Positions 8,592-17,500 of a stretch of 64,000 bases of DNA are shown piece after piece. The stretch spans positions 1,024 to 65,023 of the forward strand of contig JARRJV010000001.1 in NCBI GenBank assembly GCA_037388825.1, in the 5' to 3' direction. Origin of the DNA: Acidiferrobacteraceae bacterium (GTDB lineage Bacteria > Pseudomonadota > Gammaproteobacteria > Acidiferrobacterales > JAJDNE01). The position numbers were made by a program, and so were the translations under genes. Position 1 is the first letter of the stretch. Every line of letters starts with the position of its first letter. Below the pieces are notes generated by a model that saw only the letters and a program-made list of their open reading frames with translations, was not told the DNA's origin and did not search any database.

Positions 8592-9134
8592 ATGGCCGGA
8601 ATACTGGTACTGTATGGCACTTCGACGGGACATACCGCCAAGATTGCCGACCGCCTGGCACGGCGCATGCGGGACAAGGGCAACATGGTGGAGTGCCTTG
8701 ATGTTCATCACATTCCCTCCAGCTTCAGACCGGAAGCCTACGACGGCATTTTGATCGGGGCCCCGATCCGGATGATGCGATTCCCCCGCCCCGTCATACG
8801 ATTCGTCAAGCGTTGGCAACAGGCTCTGGGTTCACGGCCTACGGCGTTCTTCGCTGTCGGTCTCGCGGTAGCGGACAAGCGGCCCGAACAACAGCAACTC
8901 GTGGATCAGTGGGTGCGTTCGTTTTTGAAGGAAACCGGCTGGCAACCGGCGAAGCAGGCCGTGTTCGCCGGGGCCCTGCTCTATACAAAATACGGTTTCG
9001 TCACCCGCTTCATCATGAGAAAGATTGCCACCACTGAGGGGCGAAGTACCGATACTTCGCGGGATCACGAGTATACCGACTGGGACCAGGTGGACCGTTT
9101 TGCCGATGAATACCTTGCGGCTCTGAGGCACTGA
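8592..9134 (+). CDS. hemG: Flavodoxin-like protoporphyrinogen IX dehydrogenase (HemG type)
   Basis: 180 aa. ILVLYGTSTGHT flavodoxin start. By memory it is collinear with E. coli HemG, including AGALLYTKYGF...RFIMRKI...YTDWDQV. Confidence 0.7.
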   Translation: MAGILVLYGTSTGHTAKIADRLARRMRDKGNMVECLDVHHIPSSFRPEAYDGILIGAPIRMMRFPRPVIRFVKRWQQALGSRPTAFFAVGLAVADKRPEQQQLVDQWVRSFLKETGWQPAKQAVFAGALLYTKYGFVTRFIMRKIATTEGRSTDTSRDHEYTDWDQVDRFADEYLAALRH

Positions 9135-9164
9135 CTTGGCTGCGAATCGAACCGGGAGATGCAT

Positions 9165-9539
9165 ATGGATCGAATCAAACGCGTTGTTGTTGCCACTGCA
9201 TCGGGAATGCTGTTTGGCGTCGTCTGTGTCGGAATTGCATCAAGTGGCGCCGGCGGATTGGCCTGGCCAGTGGTTGCCCAGATCTTTGTCAGTCGGACGC
9301 TGATCGGCTTTGCAATCGGGATCAGCGGACTGAAAGTGCGCCACTGGTCCCTGCATGGCCTGTTCATGGGATTCGTCTTCAGTCTGCCATTGGCGTTCAG
9401 CGGCTTGATGGCGCCGGACAACCCCGAGTTCAGCAAAGGCAGCATGTTCCTGTGGACCGTCACACTCGGGATGGTCTATGGTGTATTAGTCGAACTGATC
9501 ACGACCGTGTTCTTCAAGGCCGCAAAGCGGTCGCAATAG
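9165..9539 (+). CDS. Small 4-TM membrane protein, unknown function (paralog of 25507-25862)
   Basis: Hydrophobic helices throughout. GGGAG lies 6 nt upstream of the second ATG (9165; alternative start 9159). Similarity to the product of 25507-25862 is visible by eye. Confidence 0.6.
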   Translation: MDRIKRVVVATASGMLFGVVCVGIASSGAGGLAWPVVAQIFVSRTLIGFAIGISGLKVRHWSLHGLFMGFVFSLPLAFSGLMAPDNPEFSKGSMFLWTVTLGMVYGVLVELITTVFFKAAKRSQ

Positions 9540-9580
9540 GCGGGAATCGGGACCCCGCAGCACCAACAACAGGGACAAGA

Positions 9581-10582
9581 ATGAACAGCGCCATTCCGGA
9601 CAGGCTTGAATTGCAGAAGCGCATGTATGCGCGGTCGCGGTCCCAGCGGCGCCTGGGCTGGTTCCTGGGAATCGCCATTGGTGCGTTGACCGTTCTGGTC
9701 GCGGTGATCGTGTATTGGAAATTGTCGGCGGGTTTCCTGCAGGCGATCCAGCCAGGCTGGTCCCTGCGTTGGGATCAGATTCGCTCGGCATCGCTGACGG
9801 TCATGCCCATGCGGGTCGGCCCGCAAGGCCCGGTGCTCGCGCTCAAAGGGCATGGCAAGCAGCGCAAGATCGCTCCTTTGTTGTGGGTAAATCCGGTGCA
9901 ATTCGCAGAAACCTCGCCGTTGCGCGAGTGGCGCCGCCTGATCGGAGCCCGCCCGTACACCATCGATGCAGCCATCGATGAAACCCCGGTGATGCAATAC
10001 ATCGCCAAGGCCGCGCCGGATCTCAGGATCGAACGAGGCGAGAATGTCGCAGGCATGTCCTTTGCGCTGGAGCGCAGCCCGCGGGCCCTTGCGGTCGTTG
10101 TCGCGTTCTTCGTGTTCGCCGCCTATGCCATGATCGATGGCTTGTTCCTGCGCAGCGAGGTCTATGCCAGCGCGCCGTTCTATCTTGTTTATTTTCTGTT
10201 GGCGATCGTGGTCGGCGTAATCGCCGGTCGCTGGTTGCGAAACAATTCGGTGCCGATGCTCGAGAGCACCGTGCTGGCCGTGATGCTGGGCCTGGCGGCA
10301 GGCGCCGCGGCCTATCCCGGTGCGCTGCGCGTCAACGCCCTGACCGATACTGCAGGCTTCCAAACATATGAGTACGTGCGCACGGCCGATGGCAGCTACC
10401 GTCCGCCGCAACCGGACTTGCCACGACTTACATTGTCAGGTTATCCGGAGTATTGGGGCCGGTTTGCGGAGGGTTCGATCTACAGATTCCAGCTGCGCAA
10501 AGGCGGCCTCGGTTTCTACCAGCTGAACATGGGGCCGGTTAGGATCGCTATGCGCCAGTATTATCTCAGACACAGCGGCTAG
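9581..10582 (+). CDS. Membrane protein, unknown function (333 aa)
   Basis: In-frame ATG at 9581 (MNSAIPDRLELQK...). One N-terminal TM, a soluble segment, about 4 further TM helices, and a C-terminal soluble domain. The 5' part of ORF 9452.. overlaps the previous gene and looks non-coding. Confidence 0.6.
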   Translation: MNSAIPDRLELQKRMYARSRSQRRLGWFLGIAIGALTVLVAVIVYWKLSAGFLQAIQPGWSLRWDQIRSASLTVMPMRVGPQGPVLALKGHGKQRKIAPLLWVNPVQFAETSPLREWRRLIGARPYTIDAAIDETPVMQYIAKAAPDLRIERGENVAGMSFALERSPRALAVVVAFFVFAAYAMIDGLFLRSEVYASAPFYLVYFLLAIVVGVIAGRWLRNNSVPMLESTVLAVMLGLAAGAAAYPGALRVNALTDTAGFQTYEYVRTADGSYRPPQPDLPRLTLSGYPEYWGRFAEGSIYRFQLRKGGLGFYQLNMGPVRIAMRQYYLRHSG

Positions 10583-10596
10583 CCCGCTTCATCGCA

Positions 10597-11450
10597 TTAC
10601 GGACTCTGCTGTGAGACGCGTGAACGTCTGCCGATTACCAGGGCAATCCCGCCGAGAATCATCAAGGTGGACAGGGCAAGGCGGAAGGAAATTGTCTCTG
10701 CCACGAATACCACGCCCCGGCTGCGGCAATTACGGGTACCGAGAGTTGGACCACCGCCGTGGAGGTACTGTTGAGGCCGGCAAGCGCGCGGTACCAGATC
10801 GCATAGCCCACACCCGATGCGATCGCGCCGGATGACATGGCCAGACTTACTCCCTCGGTCGTCAGTTGTCTGCGCCAGAGAAGGACGGGAAGAAGCAGGG
10901 CCAGGAAGGGAAGAGTTCGCAGGAAATTGGCCGATGTATCCGAAAGTGGTTTCGTCGAGCCACGCCCAAGCAGGGTATAAGCGCCCCAGGCGATGCCCGC
11001 GACCGTCATAAGGGCAAAGCCCGCTGCAGACGGAGCCGCAATTCCAGGCAACACGAGCCAGACAAATCCGCCGAAGGCGAGCACGACCCCCGTCCACTCC
11101 AGCCAGCCAAGACGGTCACCCCGATGGAGCGAGACCAGAATCATGGTCAGTTGTACCGATCCAAAGAGAACCAGGGCGCCGCTACCTGTCGTGAGCGTGA
11201 GATAAGCAAAGGAAAACGAGGCGGCGTACAGAAACAGCATGAATGCGGCGCGCCAGCTGCCGTGGTGTTCTATTGCAGACGCGGACCCGCGAAAAGCCAG
11301 AATCAGCCCGAGCACGACGACAGCCGAGGTGAGGCGAATGATGGTGAAGCCCGCGGCATCGATGCTCTGTTCGCCTAGGGCAAGACGGCAAAGTACCGCG
11401 TTCGCGGCAAAGGCAATAAGCGCCAGGCTGGTGAATATTATTGTGCGCAT
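10597..11450 (-). pseudogene. DMT/EamA-family transporter with an apparent 1-nt frameshift near the 3' end
   Basis: MRTIIFTSLALIAFAANAVLCRLAL... continues in the frame of ORF 10662..11999 to ...VQLSVPVIAAAG. The conserved EamA C-terminus (VVFVAETISFRLALSTLMILGGIALVIG) is in the frame of ORF 10597..11097. The switch is at the C4/G2 run at 10711-10720, and the span length is 854 nt, not a multiple of 3. Confidence 0.7.
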
Positions 11451-11509
11451 GTTCGTATTTTTCTTCGAAACGGTACACGCGGCACAAACCGCTGTAAATT
11501 GCGGTCGGG

Positions 11510-11546
11510 CACAAGAAAGCCCGATACCGACAGGCGGCATCGGGCT
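11510..11546 (-). terminator. Rho-independent terminator after hupE (AGCCCGAT...ATCGGGCT + TTCTTGTG)
   Basis: 8-bp perfect stem read on the minus strand ~35 nt after the hupE stop, followed by a T-rich tract. Confidence 0.55.
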
Positions 11547-11578
11547 CTTCCGTCTTCGGGTTGCGAAATGAGGAGGTT

Positions 11579-12160
11579 CTACAGGGTCGACAGCAGGCCA
11601 ACTCCAGCCAGGGCGATGCCCGCCCCGGCTGTTTGTAGCGCGATCCGCGGGAACCGGGCGGATAGCGATCCGAGGCCGATGCCGATCGCATGCAGGGCCA
11701 GGGTGCCCACCACCATGCCGCTGCCGAAGTCGGCCAGACTTGCCTGGGCCGGCATCTCCACCGCATGGGCGTAGCCGTGGAAGACGGCGAACGCGCCAAC
11801 GATGGCCATGCCCGCCGCGGTGGGGAGGCGGGAATCGAGGGCGATCAACAGGCCGAATACCATAACCGACCCCAAGATGCCGGGCTGTACCAGAGGTAGC
11901 GGCACTCCGGCGGCACCGGCGATGGCGCCTGCGGCCATCATCAACACGAAGCTCGCCGGGATCAGGAACAGGGACCGACCGCCGCGTTGGGCCGCCCACA
12001 GACCCACGGACGTCATGGCAAGCAGATGATCCATCCCGGTGAAGGGATGCAGCAGGCCGGCGCTAAAGCCGGTCCCGACGAGATGCCCGGGATGTGCCCA
12101 TGCCGCCGGCGAGATGCCGACCAGTACCAGTGCTGCCAGCAGAAATCCGGATCGTCTCAT
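11579..12160 (-). CDS. hupE: HupE/UreJ-family nickel transporter
   Basis: Signal peptide, then HPGH at the mature N-terminus, FTGMDHLLAM and FHGYAH motifs, 6 TM. It lies directly downstream of the hydrogenase large subunit. Confidence 0.88.
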   Translation of the reverse strand: MRRSGFLLAALVLVGISPAAWAHPGHLVGTGFSAGLLHPFTGMDHLLAMTSVGLWAAQRGGRSLFLIPASFVLMMAAGAIAGAAGVPLPLVQPGILGSVMVFGLLIALDSRLPTAAGMAIVGAFAVFHGYAHAVEMPAQASLADFGSGMVVGTLALHAIGIGLGSLSARFPRIALQTAGAGIALAGVGLLSTL

Positions 12161-12209
12161 GTCGTTCTCCTTACTCTGTAATTTCTGTATTGCCGGGGTG
12201 AAGCGACGG

Positions 12210-13976
12210 CTATACGGCCTTGACCTTTACCAGTTCCTCACCCTCGGGATCGGTGACATGCACGGCGCAGGCGATGCATGGATCGAAGCTGTGTATGGTG
12301 CGCAGGATCTCCACCGGCTGCTTCGGATCGTACAGTTTGTGTCCCTTGAGCGCCGCTTCATAGGGTCCACCCTGTCCCTTGGCATCGCGGGGTCCTGCGT
12401 TCCAGGTACTCGGCACCACTGCCTGGTAGTTGTCGATCTTGCCGTCCTTGATGACCACCCAGTGCGCGAGCGCCCCGCGCGGTGCCTCGGTGAATCCCAC
12501 CCCCTTGGCCGTCCCCGGCCAGGTGGAGGGTTCCCACTTCGCTTCATTGAAGGTATCGACATCGCCCGCCTTGATGTTGGCGATCAATTGCTGGTACCAG
12601 CCGTCCATGGCATCGACGAAGATCTTGGTTTCCAGCGTGCGCGCGGCGGTACGTCCCAGGGTCGAAAACAGGGCGCTGGTCGGCAGATCCAGGGTGCGCA
12701 ACGCCATGTTCACCAGCTCGCGCGTCTGCTCATGGCCCTTGGCATAAAGCATGAGCACCCGCGCCAGGGGCCCGACCTCCATGGGCTTTCCCTTCCAGCG
12801 GGGCGACTTGAGCCAGGAGTAGCCCTTGTCCACATCCAGTTGATCGTACGGCGGCGTGGGGCCGGTGAAATCGAACTCGGTCTCGCCCTTGTACGGGTGC
12901 AGGCCCTTGTCCTTGCCACCGCGATACTTGTACCAGGAGTGGGCCACGTATTCCTCGATCTGGTCCGACGCGTTGAGGTCGACATCGTGGATGGTGGTCA
13001 GGTCGCGATTGAGGATTACGCCGCGCGGTACCAGGAAGTGCGCCGGATCCATGGTGGCGGTTTCGGGGAAATCTCCGTAGCACATGAAATTGCCCACGCC
13101 CTCGCCCTGTTTGCTCCAGTCCTTGTAGAAACCGGCGATGGCCAGGGTATCGGGCACATACACCTGGTCGACGAAGGCGCGCATCTTGTCGATGACGTTC
13201 TTGACCATCTCCAGCCCGGTCAGGTCCACCGCCGTCGCACCACCACCACCACCGCGATGACGCGGTCCCTTGCCCCGCCCCTTCTTGGTTTGCACGCTGA
13301 TAGCCGAGGGTGCGCCGCCGACGAGGAAATTCGGATGCGGGTTCTTGCCACCGAAGATGGTGTGGATCTGCACCACGTCACGTTGCCAGGCCAGGGCCTC
13401 GAGATAGTGCGCTACCGCCATCAGGTTGGCTTCCGGCGGTAGCTTGTAGGCCGGGTGGCCCCAGTAGCCATTGGCGAAGATCCCGAGTTGGCCCGACTCG
13501 ACGAAATTTTTCAGCTTCGTCTGCATGTCGGCGAAGTAGGCGGGCGAGGACTTGGGATAGCTGCTGATGGTTTGCGCCAGCGTCGATGTCGCCTTCGGGT
13601 CCGCCTTCAGGGCCGACACCACGTCCACCCAGTCGAGGGCATGAAGATGATAGAAGTGCATGACATGATCGTGCACGAACTGGGCGCCGATCATGAGGTT
13701 GCGGATGAGTTGGGCATTGTCCGGGATGGCGTACGTCAGCGCATTTTCCACCGCGCGCACCGAGGCGATGCCATGCACCAGGGTGCACACGCCGCAGATG
13801 CGCTGGGCGAAGGCCCAGGCATCGCGTGGATCGCGGCCGCGCAGGATAATCTCGATACCACGCACCATGGTGCCGGAGGAGAAGGCCTCGGCAATATGGT
13901 CGCCGTTCATCTGCGCCTCGATGCGCAAATGGCCTTCGATACGGGTGATGGGGTCGACGACGACGCGTTGGCTCAT
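12210..13976 (-). CDS. hynL: [NiFe]-hydrogenase large subunit, membrane-bound uptake type (Isp-type / group 1e by gene context)
   Basis: N-terminal ITRIEGH and RICGVC. C-terminal DPCIACAVH followed by a cleavable extension. 588 aa. Confidence 0.95.
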   Translation of the reverse strand: MSQRVVVDPITRIEGHLRIEAQMNGDHIAEAFSSGTMVRGIEIILRGRDPRDAWAFAQRICGVCTLVHGIASVRAVENALTYAIPDNAQLIRNLMIGAQFVHDHVMHFYHLHALDWVDVVSALKADPKATSTLAQTISSYPKSSPAYFADMQTKLKNFVESGQLGIFANGYWGHPAYKLPPEANLMAVAHYLEALAWQRDVVQIHTIFGGKNPHPNFLVGGAPSAISVQTKKGRGKGPRHRGGGGGATAVDLTGLEMVKNVIDKMRAFVDQVYVPDTLAIAGFYKDWSKQGEGVGNFMCYGDFPETATMDPAHFLVPRGVILNRDLTTIHDVDLNASDQIEEYVAHSWYKYRGGKDKGLHPYKGETEFDFTGPTPPYDQLDVDKGYSWLKSPRWKGKPMEVGPLARVLMLYAKGHEQTRELVNMALRTLDLPTSALFSTLGRTAARTLETKIFVDAMDGWYQQLIANIKAGDVDTFNEAKWEPSTWPGTAKGVGFTEAPRGALAHWVVIKDGKIDNYQAVVPSTWNAGPRDAKGQGGPYEAALKGHKLYDPKQPVEILRTIHSFDPCIACAVHVTDPEGEELVKVKAV

Positions 13977-15271
13977 GATGAGGATTCTCCCGATTCTGCG
14001 GTCTTGGTATCGGAGGGCAGGTGCGCGGCGATGGTTTCGGCCATGCCGAAGATCTTGAAGTTCAGGTTATAGGCGTCAACGGCGTCCTCCATGACGATGC
14101 GGCAATTGGAACAGGAGGTCACCAGTTTGTCGACGCCGCCAACTGCGTCCAGCTGTGCCTTCTTGCGGCTGAACACCTTGATGCGCAACGCGTCCGCCCG
14201 TTCGTTGGCGCTGACCCCGCCACCGCCGCCGCAGCACCAGTTCCACACGCCGGGGTCGGGCATGTCCACGTAGTTGCTCGCCACCATCTTCAACAGGCGC
14301 CGCGGTTGTTCGAGCACGCCTCCCCGTCGCACCAGCTGGCAGGGGTCGTGGAAAGTAACGCGTTCGTCTTCCATGCCCTCGGTGCGCAGCCGGCCCTCTT
14401 CGCGCAGCTGATCGAGGAGCTCGAGGATGTGTATGACCTTGAATTTGTACGGGCGGCCGATGAGGTTCGGCCCTGACCAGCGGATGGCCATGTAGGCATG
14501 CCCGCATTCCGGGCTGATGACGTACTTGACTCCCAGTTTCTCGGCCCCGTCGACGATGCGCTGCACCAGTTCCGCGGCGATATCCGGCGACCCGATCTGG
14601 ATGCCGCTATTGGTGGCCTCGACCGCGTCCGAACACAGGGTCCAGCTAACACCCGCCTGTTTGAAGATGCGGGCAAGGGAGCCGAGATACTCCGGGAAGT
14701 TCACCGTCTCCATGCCCGACATGATCGCCATGTAGTCGGCGCCCTGCTGGTCTACCGGGATCTTCAGGCCGGTGTCTTCCTCGGTGTGCCGGATCTGCGC
14801 CTGTACGGTCTTCCAGGTGGCGCCCATGGGGCTGCCGATCTCCACTGCGCGCACGGTCGCACCCTTGAGACCGGGCGGTGCGTGACCGGCGGCGACCATG
14901 CCTGCACGTTCCTTGCTGATCATGTAGGCGATGTCATTTCCCACCGGGCCTACCATGGGGCAGCGGGCACACAGGGTGCAGCTGTCGTAGACCAGCGGTT
15001 CCCACTCCTTGAGTTCTTCGTCAGTAATCGGCTTGCTCAGCCCCACCATCGCAGCCAGCTTGCCCCAGAACGTGAAGTTGCGTTTCCATACCCGGCGCAT
15101 TGGCTCGAGCTTGTGAATGGGCGTGTACTTGGGATCGCCGGTCTCGGTGTAGAACAGGCAGGCATCGGCGCACATGCCGCAGTGCACGCAGCTGTTGAAG
15201 AACGACGCCACGCGCGAGTCGATCTGTTCGACGAGGGCATTGACGCCGTTCTTGAGGGTTGTATCGCTCAT
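13973..15271 (-). CDS. isp2: Isp2: HdrD/DsrK-like Fe-S protein with CCG domains
   Basis: Start MSDTTLK at 15271 (ATGA overlap with the isp1 stop). CVHCGMCADAC cluster motif. CCG-type motifs (NWCCGGGGG, TSCSNC, DPCQLVRRGG). Located between the small and large hydrogenase subunit genes. Confidence 0.88.
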   Translation of the reverse strand: MSDTTLKNGVNALVEQIDSRVASFFNSCVHCGMCADACLFYTETGDPKYTPIHKLEPMRRVWKRNFTFWGKLAAMVGLSKPITDEELKEWEPLVYDSCTLCARCPMVGPVGNDIAYMISKERAGMVAAGHAPPGLKGATVRAVEIGSPMGATWKTVQAQIRHTEEDTGLKIPVDQQGADYMAIMSGMETVNFPEYLGSLARIFKQAGVSWTLCSDAVEATNSGIQIGSPDIAAELVQRIVDGAEKLGVKYVISPECGHAYMAIRWSGPNLIGRPYKFKVIHILELLDQLREEGRLRTEGMEDERVTFHDPCQLVRRGGVLEQPRRLLKMVASNYVDMPDPGVWNWCCGGGGGVSANERADALRIKVFSRKKAQLDAVGGVDKLVTSCSNCRIVMEDAVDAYNLNFKIFGMAETIAAHLPSDTKTAESGESSS

Positions 15272-15927
15272 GACGCCACTCCTTTGCGTCCCGCCATGGC
15301 GCCGTTGTACCAGCGGGAGAGGAAGATGGTGAAGCTGTGGGTCAATTTGGTGAACGGCAGCACGATCAGCAGCAGTTCGACCGTCAATATATGAACCGTT
15401 AGCATCTGCGTGTACGGCAGTACGGCCTCGTGCGCCACCATGTAGCCAGTGAGCAGTGGCAGGAAGGTGACGGCCCAGGCGAGGTAGTCTCCGCCATTGG
15501 AAAGGAAGCGGCGCACCGGGTGAACGAGGCGGTGGGCCAGGAGGGCGACCAGCGCGGCGATGCTTACAACCGCGACAAGATCGATCACGGATGCCGGCAA
15601 CCCCGGCCAGCGAATTCCCCACACGCCATGGAAAAGCTCGATGTGCGGGGCAAAGAACACCAGGCTGATGAAGAATCCAAGATGAAAGGTGTAGCCACCA
15701 AAAAACACCAGCGGTTCCCGTTGAATCATCCCCGGGGCCGGTAGCGAACGATGGAATACCGTACGCCAACCGGACCAGAAACCACCGCGCCGCGGTTCCG
15801 CCAGGTCGCGGGAGTGCCCCAGCAGCCACATCTCCAGGATACGAAGTATGACCCCGAGAAAGAAGATCGCGAGCGAGAACTGCATCGCCGGACCTCGTAC
15901 CCAGACCAACACATCATGGGCGGTCAT
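15268..15927 (-). CDS. isp1: Isp1: NarI/DsrM-like membrane b-type cytochrome
   Basis: Start MTAHDVL at 15927 with SD GGAGGG and an ATGA overlap with the hynS stop. About 5 TM helices with conserved His residues. The 5' extension of ORF 15268..16257 overlaps hynS and is not coding. Confidence 0.82.
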   Translation of the reverse strand: MTAHDVLVWVRGPAMQFSLAIFFLGVILRILEMWLLGHSRDLAEPRRGGFWSGWRTVFHRSLPAPGMIQREPLVFFGGYTFHLGFFISLVFFAPHIELFHGVWGIRWPGLPASVIDLVAVVSIAALVALLAHRLVHPVRRFLSNGGDYLAWAVTFLPLLTGYMVAHEAVLPYTQMLTVHILTVELLLIVLPFTKLTHSFTIFLSRWYNGAMAGRKGVAS

Positions 15928-17033
15928 GATTGTCCCTCCTTCCCCTTCTTTTTCAATTCCTCTGCCGTGACCACGTGGTGTTCCCGTTTCGCCGCGGCAC
16001 GTTTGCGGCGTCCGGCCGCACCCATGGCGGCACCACCGGCGGCACCGGCCACCGCCGCGGCACCGGCCCACATACCGACCGGCGCCGTGGTCTGGCTCAG
16101 CGCGCGATAGAAACCACCCCCATCCCAGAAGTTGGGTTCGGAGCAACCGAGACAGGGATGGCCCGACTCGATCGGAAAGCTGACGCCGCCATTCCACTTG
16201 GTGGTCGCGCAGGCATTGTGCGTGGTCGGGCCCTTGCACCCGAGCTCGAACAGGCACCAGCCGTTGCGTGCCCCATCGTCATCGAAGCTCTTGGCGAACT
16301 TTCCCTGGTCGTAGAACGGACGCCGGTAGCAACGGTCGTGGATGGACTCGCCATAGAAGGCCGCCGGTCGCCCAAGTCTGTCCAGGGCCGGGATCTCGCC
16401 AAAGGTCAGGTAGTGCGCCAGAACTCCGGTGATGACCACCGGGATAGGAGGGCAGCCCGAGACATTGATGATCGGTTTGTCCTTGATGAGATCGCTCACC
16501 GGAACGGCGCCGGTGGGATTCGGGTTGGCGTAAGGGATGCCGCCGAAGGAGGCACAGGTACCGACGGCCACAACCGCAGCCGCGCCGGCGGCGACCTCTT
16601 TCAGCGTGTCCACGTTGGTGCGACCGGCACTGGTGGAATAGACGCCATTGTCCTTGGTCGGGATGGAGCCGTCGACGATGAGCAGATACTTGCCATAGAA
16701 TTGCTTCATCGCCGTTTCCCGCGCCGCCTCCGCGGCCGTGCCCGATGCCGCCTGAAGGGTGTCCTGGTAGTCCAGCGAAATGGAATTGAAGATCAGGTTT
16801 TCCAGTGTCGGCGCGTGGGAGCGTGTGAGGGACTCGAGACAACCCGTGCATTCCTGGAACGACAGGTAGATCACTGAGGGGCGTGGTGCCTTCTCCAGTG
16901 CCCTTGCCACCCGTGGGATCATGGTCGGTGGCAACGCCATGGCCGAGGTCGTGATCGCACACAGCTTGAGGAATGTACGGCGACTGATACCGCGCTGCCG
17001 CAGCTGGTCTCCTAGGGTCGTCTGCTTCTTCAT
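15924..17033 (-). CDS. hynS: [NiFe]-hydrogenase small subunit with Tat signal
   Basis: Twin-arginine signal GISRRTFLKLCA. FQECTGCLES and further Cys clusters. C-terminal hydrophobic anchor. The SD GGAG favours the ATG at 17033 (alternatives 17036 and 17051). Confidence 0.95.
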   Translation of the reverse strand: MKKQTTLGDQLRQRGISRRTFLKLCAITTSAMALPPTMIPRVARALEKAPRPSVIYLSFQECTGCLESLTRSHAPTLENLIFNSISLDYQDTLQAASGTAAEAARETAMKQFYGKYLLIVDGSIPTKDNGVYSTSAGRTNVDTLKEVAAGAAAVVAVGTCASFGGIPYANPNPTGAVPVSDLIKDKPIINVSGCPPIPVVITGVLAHYLTFGEIPALDRLGRPAAFYGESIHDRCYRRPFYDQGKFAKSFDDDGARNGWCLFELGCKGPTTHNACATTKWNGGVSFPIESGHPCLGCSEPNFWDGGGFYRALSQTTAPVGMWAGAAAVAGAAGGAAMGAAGRRKRAAAKREHHVVTAEELKKKGKEGQS

Positions 17034-17068
17034 CATCACTCCTCGTGGCAAGCGCCGGGTCGGTCGTG

Positions 17069-17500
17069 CTAGTGCCTGAGGGCATTGCGCAGGCGCGTGC
17101 GCAGGACATCCAGGCCATCCCGCATATCCTCATCCTGTGACAACAGGAGTTCGGGGATGCGCGTCACCTCGATAAATTCGGCCGCAATCTCATCGTCGTC
17201 GTTGTAGTGGGTGACCCACCACACCCCGGGAACGGCCGTTTCCGAAACCACCGATGGCCCGTTGCCGCCATCGAACTCTGCCGATACCTCGCCATTGCCG
17301 AGGGCGAGTTCCAGGGCATCGTAGTCGCCGGGAAGCATGGGCAGGCTGCGGATGTCGATCGCGCCTGTTTCGCCAGTCACCAGCAAGGTATCCAGCATGC
17401 CCTCGATCTCGTGCAGGATGGCGCGCACGTTTTCGCGCAGAACACTGGCGTCATCGTCGGGATCGACCGTGGTGACCGAAATGTCGTCAAGAGAGCTCAC
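17069..17500 (-). CDS. Hydrogenase expression/formation protein, single HupH/HyaF-like domain
   Basis: 143 aa. The pattern LELALGNGEVS...ETAVPGVWWV...EFIEVTRIPELL matches my memory of the HupH/HyaF C-terminal domain. The GTG start overlaps the protease stop (GTGA). Confidence 0.6.
   Translation of the reverse strand: MSSLDDISVTTVDPDDDASVLRENVRAILHEIEGMLDTLLVTGETGAIDIRSLPMLPGDYDALELALGNGEVSAEFDGGNGPSVVSETAVPGVWWVTHYNDDDEIAAEFIEVTRIPELLLSQDEDMRDGLDVLRTRLRNALRH

Noticed and set aside
12039-13442. Long ORFs antisense to confidently called genes. Examples: 12039..13442 (+), 14498..15394 (+), 15930..16877 (+), 19774..22401 (-), 22116..24275 (-), 24419..25390 (-), 26720..27694 (-), 35162..36487 (+), 42..43 kb (-), 55617..56804 (+), 58107..59783 (+), 62048..63211 (-), 63070..63972 (-).
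   Set aside because: These are typical shadow ORFs of high-GC DNA. Their translations are Arg/Gly/Pro/His-rich with no motifs, while the opposite strand carries unmistakable conserved proteins.
15268-16257. 5' extensions of several track ORFs: 15268..16257, 13973..15829, 36427..37491, 38030..39295, 40805..42079, 43764..45101, 19561..20907, 21927..24449, 24242..25468, 50330..51511, 54077..55243.
   Set aside because: The extensions overlap the upstream gene and translate to low-complexity sequence. Internal starts with SD sequences or stop-start overlaps give family-typical N-termini.
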